From the NCBI GenBank assembly GCA_964016885.1, contig OZ024740.1, positions 441,688,001 to 441,752,000 of the forward strand: a DNA stretch of 64,000 nucleotides. Direction: 5' to 3'. The notes below the pieces were generated by a model, which made no database searches, was not told the DNA's origin, and saw only the letters and a list, made by a program, of their open reading frames with translations. The translations under genes and the position numbers were made by a program. This document shows, one piece after another, positions 11,826 to 24,700 of this stretch (its first letter is position 1; every line of letters begins with the position of its first letter). The DNA comes from Eledone cirrhosa. Taxonomy: Eukaryota.

Positions 11826-12066
11826 TGTTGTTTGGGTGCCACTCTAGATGTGCCACTGGTACAGCCAGTTGTTATGTGCCACTCTAGATGTGCCACTGGT
11901 ACAGCCAGTTGTTGGGGTGCCACTCTAGATGTGCCACTGGTACAGCCAGTTGTTGGGGTGCCACTCTAGATGTGCCACTGGTACAGCCAGTTGTTGGGGT
12001 GCCACTGGTGTAGCCAGTTGTCGGGGTGCCACTGGAGTAGCCAGTCGTTTGGGTGCCACTCCAGAT
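11826..12066. repeat. 40-41-bp tandem repeat (GTGCCACTCTAGATGTGCCACTGGTACAGCCAGTTGTTGGG) changing to ~27-bp units
   Basis: Units start at ~11836, 11876, 11917 and 11958, followed by shortened units. Confidence 0.9.
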
Positions 12067-12175
12067 GCTTTAGTAGTCAGTCGAGGCCACTGGTCTTTAT
12101 TCTACGTCGGGAGTAGAAGTATCTCGCTGTTATGACTAGTCAAATAATAGATTAATAAACCAAAAATTAACTTAC

Positions 12176-12246
12176 AAGAATACTTATGCTCATTGGAGTG
12201 TGCACTGTTACTAACGTTTTATTCAAACCAAAGGAGCGGAAACGAA
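12176..12246 (-). CDS. TEP/A2M/CD109-like gene, fourth visible exon (VRFRSFGLNKTLVTVHTPMSISIL)
   Basis: tttatttcag acceptor and gtaagt donor; 71 nt, phase 1 to phase 0. V.FR follows the TDKPIY motif as expected in MG2. Confidence 0.9.
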
Positions 12247-12349
12247 CTGAAATAAAAGACATATGAGGGTAATATCAAATAGTATTAAAATACAATTATA
12301 TCATATCTAGTATCAAAATGATATACCTACAGATGTAATTATAACCACC

Positions 12350-12922
12350 ATCATCCGAGGAGACACCTTCTCTATTCTGTCCGCCGGAGCCGCGGGCCAG
12401 CCAGCGCGTGCGCCTCCATTTGCTCATAATAGTGAGAGATGGAGAGAGCAGGAGAGACAGAGGCAGTGACAGTGGGAGTTTGGCTCCTTTGTGTTCGGAC
12501 CTAGTGTGTATGTCTATATTTATTTATCACACCACAGTAAACAATCATTTGGCTTTCTATCAATAATCTCTTTAAACAATTTCTTTTACGAATTAAATTT
12601 TTATGGTGTCTTGTAAAATATTCTAATTTTGACATTTTTCATTGTTCATCATTTGTGTGTCTTCTGTCCAAGACATTGTCAGAAGTCTTCTATATGTCCA
12701 CATCTCAAATATTTCTAATTTATTAGATAATTATAACTATATAGTATATGTGGCGATGATGTATTTGTCGCGAGCTGTAATTGCTCTTCCAGTGCGTTTC
12801 CCTCGCCATCCTCCGGGGAAACACCTTCTTTATTCTGTCTGCCGGGACCACTAGGCCACCAGTGCTTGGGTCCCCAGTTTCTTATGATAGTGAGAGATGG
12901 GAGAGGGGAGAGACGGAGGCAT
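12350..12922 (+). repeat. Two diverged direct copies of a ~115-bp GC-richer element (12350-12465 and 12808-12922)
   Basis: Both copies share acaccttct(c/t)tattctgtc(c/t)gccgg and atagtgagagatgg...ggagagac(a/g)gaggca. Confidence 0.65.
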
Positions 12923-13053
12923 ATGCAGAAGAAATCTTATGTTTGCTTTTAAATCAACAGACTTCTCTATAGGTATATGAAAGAAAATCGACATTTTTAA
13001 ACAGTAATTCCAAGTAGAAGAATCTTCATAAAGAAACAGTTGTTAGTTCTTAC

Positions 13054-13231
13054 CTATATCGTTTGCATTATAGATGGGTTTGTCTGTTTGTAAAAATATT
13101 GTCTCTGGTTTCGGGTTATAATTTCTATGACTTTTAGACAGTCTTACGTGAGTAGTTTCATTAAATTCAATAGCACCGCTTCCCAATACAACGAATGTTG
13201 CTAAATACTGGTCTATATCATCTGAGAGCAT
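13054..13231 (-). CDS. TEP/A2M/CD109-like gene, third visible exon (MG1 end/MG2 start; ...GSGAIEFNETTHV...IFLQTDKPIYNANDI)
   Basis: ttttctcctgctag acceptor and gtaaga donor; 178 nt, phase 0 to phase 1. Contains the hallmark F.QTDKPIY motif of A2M-family MG2. Confidence 0.93.
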
Positions 13232-13400
13232 CTAGCAGGAGAAAACAAAAATACAACATTTCGTTTAATGGCGGTGTTTAGTACTTTCAGTTCTAAAAAT
13301 TTAGATGAGATATTCTCTTCTCGGCTCTTTAAATATCAGTGAAACTAAGAAAATAAATAATTAATTTTAGATTTCTTTTTGTCAGACATTAGGTTTGAAA

Positions 13401-13522
13401 GTGTTAAATTCACTAATATATATATTTCTTTATTTGCCACAAGGGCGCACAAGAAAAGGGGACGATACAATGACATATGCCGGGGATTTTACATACAATC
13501 GTGTTAAATTCGCTAATATATA
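13401..13522 (-). mobile_element. ~80-bp retroposon 3' fragment with a 22-bp target-site duplication
   Basis: gtgttaaattcactaatatata at 13401 and gtgttaaattcgctaatatata at 13501 flank the insert. The minus-strand end reads ...aataaagaaata. Confidence 0.6.
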
Positions 13523-13690
13523 GTCTTAAAAACATAATCGATTTTTGTTGCTTTTTGATGTTTTTTAAAGAAAATTAGTTAAAACTTATATAGAGATTTT
13601 AGTTTGAAATGTTTTTAGAAATGAAATACGTTGTTAAACTTAATGATAGGAGTACAAAGGTATGTGAAAATCTGTAACTTATAAACTTAC

Positions 13691-13713
13691 CATGTACACG
13701 TGACTAGTGCTAT
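13691..13713 (-). CDS. TEP/A2M/CD109-like gene, 23-nt micro-exon (DSTSHVYM)
   Basis: tttctatattccag acceptor and gtaagt donor. It converts phase 1 to phase 0, which is what is needed to join the flanking exons. Confidence 0.8.
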
Positions 13714-13810
13714 CTGGAATATAGAAATGATACATTCTAATTAGCTTCATACCATTTTACATAAGCATTTTACTTACATGGCATTTTAACAAAGTAACAT
13801 TTATTTGTGA

Positions 13811-14072
13811 AGGCCTGTAGCTTTGCGGTAAAGGGTATTCGGCTCATAATCGTAAGGTTATGGGTTCAATTCCCGGCGGTGTGCTGTGTCTTTGAGCAAG
13901 AAACTTTATTTCACGTTGCTCCAGTCAACTCAGCTGGCAAAAATGAGTTGTGCTTGTAATTCGAAAGTGTCAGCTTTGTCACATTCTGAGTCACGCTGAA
14001 TCTTCCTGAGAACATGTTAAGGGAACGCGAATCAATTGAAACAATCATTGTCGTAACCGACGGAGTACCATT
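13811..14072 (+). mobile_element. tRNA-derived SINE
   Basis: A-box-like tagctttgcggt and B-box ggttcaattcc, then a tgtgtctttgagcaag...ttgctccagtc core. atttatttgt on both flanks is a possible TSD. Confidence 0.75.
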
Positions 14073-14180
14073 TATTTATTTGTTCCAGTTACCAGTTGAT
14101 TCGATGGTGACAAGTTTAAACAGGGTAACATAAACAGAAGGGAAATATTTATTTCACTTTGTGTCTATTGGCAGTGATGC

Positions 14181-14551
14181 TCTTCTAAATGTTTTTAATT
14201 AAATATACGTTATATTGCCAAATATACTATACATACATTCATATATACATCGCTATTTCAGAGCACCAATCCTAATACCTAATTTTTGTTGGACCGGCAA
14301 TCGCTCTGTATAATCAGTTCCTGATTATTACTGGAATTCTATAAGGATCCAGCTTCTATAATTTTCGGCGGAAGCAGGGAGTGCGTGGCTCCGATGAACG
14401 CCAACCAGCGCGAAACAGACTGTCAGCTTCTCTCCCTTCTTTCGCCGAAAAGAAGTAAGTGACATAGTCACTACTTTAAAACTGATAGCGTATGGTCTTC
14501 TAAATGTTTTTAATTAAACATACGGTATATTTCCAAATATACTATACATGC

Positions 14552-14560
<9 letters not shown>
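14181..14560 (+). mobile_element. Retrozyme/PLE pseudo-LTR-like unit: ~315-bp monomer plus ~65-bp partial repeat, ending in (TA)n
   Basis: tcttctaaatgtttttaattaaa... occurs at 14181 and 14496. The unit contains a hammerhead-like motif and is followed by (TA)n at 14555-14637. Confidence 0.55.
14362..14451 (+). ncRNA. Degenerate type I hammerhead ribozyme
   Basis: ggct-CCGATGA-acgc-caacca-gcgc-GAAA-cag-a-ctg-TC-agct, with a GUC triplet. Stem I extends through gggag/ctccc and ttttcggcg/cgccgaaaa. Confidence 0.6.
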
Positions 14561-14640
<80 letters not shown>

Positions 14641-14800
14641 TAGATAGATTGATAGATAATTTTGTTCATAGTGAGATTCTGTACAAAAGTCCTCTTCGAT
14701 CCTTGTAAAGAAAGATGAAGTGGAGCTACAATTTTAGTGATGGTGAAATGACAAAGGATGGTATAATTAGAAACATCAAATATATTTTAATCCTATTTAC

Positions 14801-14964
14801 CTGGAGCAAATGTCTGTGTGTGTGTAAAATAGGTTTCGTTTTTATGACTCAACTCGAACGATATCTCTGTATCGGCTCCTGTTTCATACATCGTTACACT
14901 AATGATATTATTATGTCCGGTAGTAAAGTATGTTGGGAACATTATCATATAATGACCGGTATCA
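14801..14964 (-). CDS. TEP/A2M/CD109-like gene, first visible exon (MG1 start; DTGHYMIMFPTYFTTGHNNIISVTMYE...TQTFAP)
   Basis: ttttattgtag acceptor and gtaaat donor; 164 nt, phase 2 to phase 1. Open frame resembling the MG1 start Y.hh.P. Confidence 0.85.
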
Positions 14965-15301
14965 CTACAATAAAATAAAATTCATTCAATGTACAAAATA
15001 TGTTTATGTTGTTGTTGTTTTCTATTAAACAGATAAAGTAAATTCATTTTCATTTTGGAATGAAGCAAAATTTTGTAAAATAAATAAATATGATAGGTAG
15101 TTTTTGTTAGTCCTGTCTGCTGAACAACTTAACGAACGCCCAATTCTACAACTGCAGACTCCTGAGGTTCTGTGAGCTTCATATTAGGAACTATTATTCT
15201 AAACTATTTCTTACTCAGTCTATTTTTGAAGTTCACTTTGGAATTAGGAGGTTTACGATAGTAAGGTGGTTCTCTATTACAAGTTACCATTATTGGATTA
15301 A

Positions 15302-15455
15302 GGGCGGTGGATTGGCAGTATCGGTAGAGGGTCAGACGCCATGCTTTGCAGCAAAGAGTTACAGCCCTTTATGGTCTGAGCTCAAATTTCCCGCCGAGGT
15401 TAACTTTCATCCTTACGGAGTCGATACAATAAAGTACCAGTAATACACTGGAGTA
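15302..15455 (+). mobile_element. SINE copy (ggcggtggattggcagtatcggtag...ctgagctcaaat...tttcatcctt...aaagtaccagt)
   Basis: tRNA-like head with a degenerate B box. Similar to the adjacent copy at 15507-15650 and to an octopus SINE family as recalled. Confidence 0.65.
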
Positions 15456-15506
15456 ATTGCTGGCCTTGTGCCAAAATAAACAATTATTTCATTGATTAAC
15501 TCAAGT

Positions 15507-15650
15507 AGGCAGAGGATTGGCACAATCGTCAGCCATCTTAAATTTCTCAATCTTTGGTCCGGATTTCTGATTTCAAATCCTGTCATTGTCAACTTTGACT
15601 TTAATCCTTTCGAAGTGGAAACCAAAATAGCCACCAGTACTGAGATTGAT
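15507..15650 (+). mobile_element. Second, more diverged copy of the same SINE
   Basis: ggcagaggattggcacaatcgtcag...ctgatttcaaatcc...gtcaactttgactttaatcctttcg parallels 15302-15455. Confidence 0.55.
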
Positions 15651-15761
15651 TCTTCTCCTACATCTCTTTTTTCCCTCCTCTCTATCACACTCTTTCCTTC
15701 GCTGGAAGAAAGGGCTCAGTATTAAACAGGAAATAGGCTACGACAGGTTACAACAGTACAG

Positions 15762-18700
15762 GATATATATTACCACAATATACATACGATATATACTACC
15801 ACAATATACATACGAGATATATTACCACAATGTATATACGATATATACTACCACAATATATATACGATATATATTACCACAATATACATACGATATATAT
15901 TACCACAATATATATACGATATATATTACCACAATATACATACGATATATATTAATAGAATATACATACGTTATATACTACCACAATATATATACGATAT
16001 ATATTACCACAATATACATACGATATATATTAATAGAATATACATACGTTATATACTACCACAATATACATACGATATATATTACCACAATATACATACG
16101 TTATATACTACCACAATATACGTACGATATATATTACCACAATATACATACGTTATATACTAGCACAATATACATACGATATATATTAGCACAATATACA
16201 TACGTTATATATTACCACAATATACATACGATATATACTACCACAATATATATACGTTATATATTACCACAATATATATACGATATATGTTACGACAATA
16301 TATATACGTTATATATTACCACAATATACATACGTTATATACTACCACAATATACATACAATATATATTACCACAATATACATACGATATATATTACCAC
16401 AATATACATACGATATATATTACCACAATATACATACGATATATATTAATACAATGTATATACGATATATACTACCACAATATACATACGATATATATTA
16501 CCACAATATATATACGATATATATTAATACAATATACATACGTTATATATTACCACAATATACATACGATATATATTACCACAATATACATACGATATAT
16601 ATTACCACAATATATATACGATATATATTACCACAATATACATACGATATATATTACCACAATATACATACGATATATACTGCCACAATATACATACGAT
16701 ATATACTACCAAAATATACGTACGATATATATTACCACAATATATATACGAAGATATATTACCACAATGTATATACGATATATACTACCACAATATATAT
16801 ACGATATATATTACCACAATATATATACGATATATATTACCACAATATACATACCATATATACTACCACAATATATATACGATATATATTACCACAATAT
16901 ACATACGATATATATTACCACAATATATATACGATATATATTACCACAATATATATACGTTATATATTACCACAATATATATACGATATATACTACCAAA
17001 ATATATATACGTTATATATTACCACAATATATATACGATATATATTACCACAATATACATACGATATATATTACCACAATATACATACAATATATATTAC
17101 CACAATATATATACGATATATATTACCACAATATACATAAGATATATATTACCACAATATACATACGATATATATAACCACAATATATATACGATATATA
17201 TTACCACAATATATATACGATATATATTACCACAATATACATACGATATATATTACCACAATATACATACGATATATATTAATACAACATATATACGATA
17301 TATATTACCACAATATATATACGATATATACTACCACAATATATATACGTTATATATTACCACAATATATATACGATATATATTACCACAATATACATAC
17401 GATATATATTACCACAATATACATACAATATATATTACCACAATATATATACGATATATATTACCACAATATACATAAGATATATATTACCACAATATAC
17501 ATACGATATATATAACCACAATATATATACGATATATATTAACACAATATACATACGATATATATTACCACAATATACATACGATATATATTACCACAAT
17601 ATACATACGATATATAATACCACGATATACATACGATATATATTACCACAATATATATACGATATATATTACCACAATATATATATACGATATATATTAC
17701 CACAATATACATACGTTATATATTACCACAATATAGATACGTTATAAATTACCACAATATACATACGATATATATTCCCACAATATACATACGATATATA
17801 TTACCACAATATACATACGATATATACTACCACAATATATATACGATATATATTACCACAATATACATACGTTATATATTACCACAATATATATACGATA
17901 TATATTACCCCAATATATATACGATATATATTACCACAATATATATACGTTATATACTACCACAATATACATACGGTATATATTATCACAATATATATAC
18001 GATATATATTACCACAATATACATACGATATATATTACCACAATATACATACGATATTTATTACCACAATATATATACGTTATATATTACCACAATATAC
18101 ATAATATATATACTACCAAAATATATATACGATATATATTACCACAATATACATACGATATATATTAACACAATATACATACGATATATATTACCACAAT
18201 ATATATACGGTATATATTACCACAATATATATACGATATATACTACCACAATATACATACGTTATATATTACCACAATATATATACGTTATATATTACCA
18301 CAATATATATACAATATATATTACCACAATATATATACGATATATATTACCACAATATACATACGATATATACTACCACCATGTATATACGTTATATATT
18401 ACCACAATATATATACGATATATATTACCACAATATACATACGATATATATTACCACAATATACATACGATATATATTACCACAATATACATACGATATA
18501 TATTACCACAATATATATACGTTATATATTACCACAATATACATACGATATATATTAACACAATATACATAAGATATATATTACCACAATATACATACAT
18601 TATATATTACCACAATATATATACGATATATACTACCACAATATATATACGTTATATATTACCACAATATATATACGATATATATTACCACAATATACAT

Positions 18701-21700
18701 ACGATATATATTACCACAATATACATACAATATATATTACCACAATATATATACGATATATATTACCACAATATACATAAGATATATATTACCACAATAT
18801 ACATACGATATATATAACCACAATATATATCCGATATATATTAACACAATATACATACGATATATATTACCACAATATACATACGATATATATTACCACA
18901 ATATACATACGATATATAATACCACAATATACATACGATATATATTACCACAATATATATACGATATATATTACCACAATATACATACGATATATATTAC
19001 CACAATATACATACGATATATATTAATACAATATATATACGATATATATTACCACAATATACATACGATATATATTACCACAATATACATAAGATATATA
19101 TTACCACAATATATATACGATATATATTACCACAATATATATACGATATATATTACCACAATATGCATACGTTATATATTACCACAATATACATACGTTA
19201 TAAATTACCACAATATACATACGATATATATTCCCACAATATACATACGATATATATTACCACAATATACATACGATATATACTACCACAATATATATAC
19301 GATATATATTACCACAATATACATACGTTATATATTACCACAATATATATACGATATATATTACCACAATATATATACGATATATATTACCACAATATAT
19401 ATACGTTATATACTACCACAATATACATACGGTATATATTATCACAATATATATACGATATATATTACCACAATATACATGCGATATATATTACCACAAT
19501 ATACATACGATATTTATTACCACAATATATATACTTTATATATTACCACAATATACATAATATATATACTACCAAAATATATATACGATATATATTACCA
19601 CAATATATATACGTTATATATTACCACGATATACATACGATATATATTACCACAATATATATACGATATATTTTACCACAATATACATACGATATATACT
19701 ACCACAATATATATACGATATATACTACCACAATATACGTACGATATATATTACCACAATATATATACGATATATATTACCACAATATACATACGATATA
19801 TACTACCACAATATATATACGTTATATATTACCACAATATATATACGATATATATTACCACAATATACATACGATATATACTACCACAATATATATACGT
19901 TATATATTACCACAATATATATACGATATATATTACCGCAATATACGTACGATATATATTACCACAATATATATACGATATATATTACCACAATATATAT
20001 ACGTTATATATTACCACAATATACATACGATATATATTACCACAATATACTTACGGTATATATTACCACAATCTATATACGATATATATTACCACAATAT
20101 ATATACGTTATATATTACCACAATATACATACGATATATATTAACACAATATACATACGATATATATTACCACAATATATATACGTTATATATTACCACA
20201 ATATATATACGATATATAATACCACAATATTCATACGATATATACTAGCACAGTATATATACGTTATATATTACCACAATATATATACGATATATATTAC
20301 CACAATATACATACGTTATATATTACCACAATATACATACGGTATATATTACCACAATAAACATACGATATATATTACCACAATATATATACGTTATATA
20401 TTACCACAATATACATACGATATATACTACCACAATATATATACGTTATATATTACCACAATATATATGCGATATATATTACCACAATATATATACGATA
20501 TATATTACCACAATATATATACGATATATATTACCACAATATTTATACCATATATACTACCACAATATATATACGATATATATTACCACAATATACATAC
20601 GATATATATTACCACAATATATATACGATATATATTACCACAATATACATACGATATATACTACCACAATATATATACGATATATACTACCACAATATAC
20701 GTACGATATATATTGCCACAATATATATACGATATATATTACCACAATATACATACGATATATACTACCACGATATTTATACGTTATATATTACCACAAT
20801 ATATATACGATATATATTACCACAATATACATACGATATATACTACCACAATATATGTACGTTATATATTACTACAATATATATACGTTATATATTATCA
20901 CAATATACATACGATATATATTACCACAATATTAATACGATATATACTACCACAATATACATACGATATATATTACCACAATATACATACGATATATATT
21001 ACCACAATATACATACAATATATATTACCACAATATATATACGATATATATTACCACAATATACATAAGATATATATTACCACAATATACATACGATATA
21101 TATTACCACAATATACATACGATATATATTTCCACAATATACATAAGATATATATTACCACAATATATATACGATATATATTACCACAATATATATACGA
21201 TATATATTACCACAATATATATACGATATATATTACCACAATATACATACGATATATACTACCACGATATATATACGTTATATATTACCACAATATATAT
21301 ACGTTATATATTACCACAATATACATAATATATATACTACCAAAATATATATACGATATATATTACCACAATATACATACGATATATATTAACACAATAT
21401 ACATACGATATATATTACCACAATATATATACGGTATATATTACCACAATATATATACGATATATACTACCACAATATACATACGTTATATATTACCACA
21501 ATATATATACGTTATATATTACCACAATATATATACAATATATATTACCACAATATATATACGATATATATTACCACAATATACATACGATATATACTAC
21601 CACCATGTATATACGTTATATATTACCACAATATATATACGATATATATTACCACAATATACATACGATATATATTACCACAATATACATACGATATATA

Positions 21701-24700
21701 TTACCACAATATACATACGATATATATTACCACAATATATATACGTTATATATTACCACAATATACATACGATATATATTACCACAATATACATACGATA
21801 TATATTACCACAATATACATACATTATATATTACCACAATATATATACGATATATACTTCCACAATATATATACGTTATATATTACCACAATATATATAC
21901 GATATATATTACCACAATATACATACGATATATATTACCACAATATACAGACAATATATATTACCACAATATATATACGATATATATTACCACAATATAC
22001 ATACGATATATATTACCACAATATACATACGATATATATTAATACAATATATATACGATATATATTACCACAATATACATACGATATATATTACCACAAT
22101 ATACATAAGATATATATTACCACAATATATATACGATATATATTACCACAATATATATACGATATATATTACCACAATATGCATACGTTATATATTACCA
22201 CAATATACATACGTTATAAATTACCACAATATACATACGATATATATTCCCACAATATACATACGATATATATTACCACAATATACATACGATATATACT
22301 ACCACAATATATATACGATATATATTACCACAATATACATACGTTATATATTACCACAATATATATACGATATATATTACCACAATATATATACGATATA
22401 TATTACCACAATATATATATGTTATATACTACCACAATATACATACGGTATATATTATCACAATATATATACGATATATATTACCACAATATACATACGA
22501 TATATATTACCACAATATACATACGATATTTATTACCACAATATATATACGTTATATATTACCACAATATACATAATATATATACTACCAAAATATATAT
22601 ACGATATATATTACCACAATATATATACGTTATATATTACCACGATATACATACGATATATATTACCACAATATATATATACGATATATATTACCACAAT
22701 ATACATACGATATATACTACCACAATATATATACGATATATACTACCACAATATACGTACGATATATATTACCACAATATATATACGATATATATTACCA
22801 CAATATACATACGATATATACTACCACAATATATATACGTTATATATTACCACAATATATATACGATATATATTACCACAATATACATACGATATATACT
22901 ACCACAATATATATACGTTATATATTACCACAATATATATACGATATATATTACCGCAATATACGTACGATATATACTACCACAATATATATACGATATA
23001 TATTACCACAATATATATACGTTATATATTACCACAATATACATACGATATATATTACCACAATATACTTACGGTATATATTACCACAATCAATATACGA
23101 TATATATTACCACAATATATATACGTTATATATTACCACAATATACATACGATATATATTAACACAATATACATACGATATATATTACCACAATATATAT
23201 ACGGTATATATTACCACAATATATATACGATATATATTACCACAATATACATACGTTATATATTACCACAATATATATACGTTATATATTACCACAATAT
23301 ATATACGATATATATTACCACAATATATATACGATATATAATACCACAATATACATACGATATATACTAGCACAGTATATATACGTTATATATTACCACA
23401 ATATATATACGATATATATTACCACAATATACATACGTTATATATTACCACAATATACATACGGTATATATTACCACAATAAACATACGATATATATTAC
23501 CACAATATATATACGTTATATATTACCACAATATACATACGATATATACTACCACAATATATATACGTTATATATTACCACAATATATATGCGATATATA
23601 TTACCACAATATATATACGATATATATTACCACAATATATATACGATATATATTACCACAATATTTATACCATATATACTACCACAATATATATACGATA
23701 TATATTACCACAATATACATACGATATATATTACCACAATATATATACGATATATATTACCACAATATACATACGATATATACTACCACAATATATATAC
23801 GATATATACTACCACAATATACGTACGATATATATTGCCACAATATATATACGATATATATTACCACAATATACATACGATATATACTACCACGATATAT
23901 ATACGTTATATATTACCACAATATATATACGATATATATTACCACAATATACATACGATATATACTACCACAATATATGTACGTTATATATTACTACAAT
24001 ATATATACGTTATATATTATCACAATATACATACGATATATATTACCACAATATTAATACGATATATACTACCACAATATACATACGATATATATTACCA
24101 CAATATACATACGATATATATTACCACAATATACATACAATATATATTACCACAATATATATACGATATATATTACCACAATATACATAAGATATATATT
24201 ACCACAATATACATACGATATATATTACCACAATATACATACGATATATATTTCCACAATATACATACGATGTACACTACCACAATATACATACGTTATA
24301 TATTACCACAATATACATACGATATATATTACCACAATATATATACGATATATATTACCACAATATATATACGATATATATTACCACAATATACATACGA
24401 TATATTTTACCACAATATATATACGTTATATATTACCACAATATACATACGATATATATTAACACAATATACATACGATATATATTACCACAATATATAT
24501 ACGGTATATATTACCACAATATATATACGATATATACTACCACAATATACATACGTTATATATTACCACAATATATATACGTTATATATTACCACAATAT
24601 ATATATGATATATATTACCACAATCTATATACGATATATAATACCACAATATACATACGATATATACTACCACAATATATATACGTTATATATTACCACA

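Noticed and set aside
13811-13880. tRNA gene
   Set aside because: A/B boxes are present but no intact cloverleaf was seen, and the sequence continues into a SINE body.
15200-15300. Donor-like gtaaga on the minus strand near 15214 as the exon 1 boundary
   Set aside because: The required frame has a TAG just upstream and no hydrophobic leader.
15413-15688. Hydrophobic minus-strand ORF as a candidate signal-peptide exon 1
   Set aside because: It overlaps the antisense of two SINE copies, and no suitable phase-2 donor was seen.
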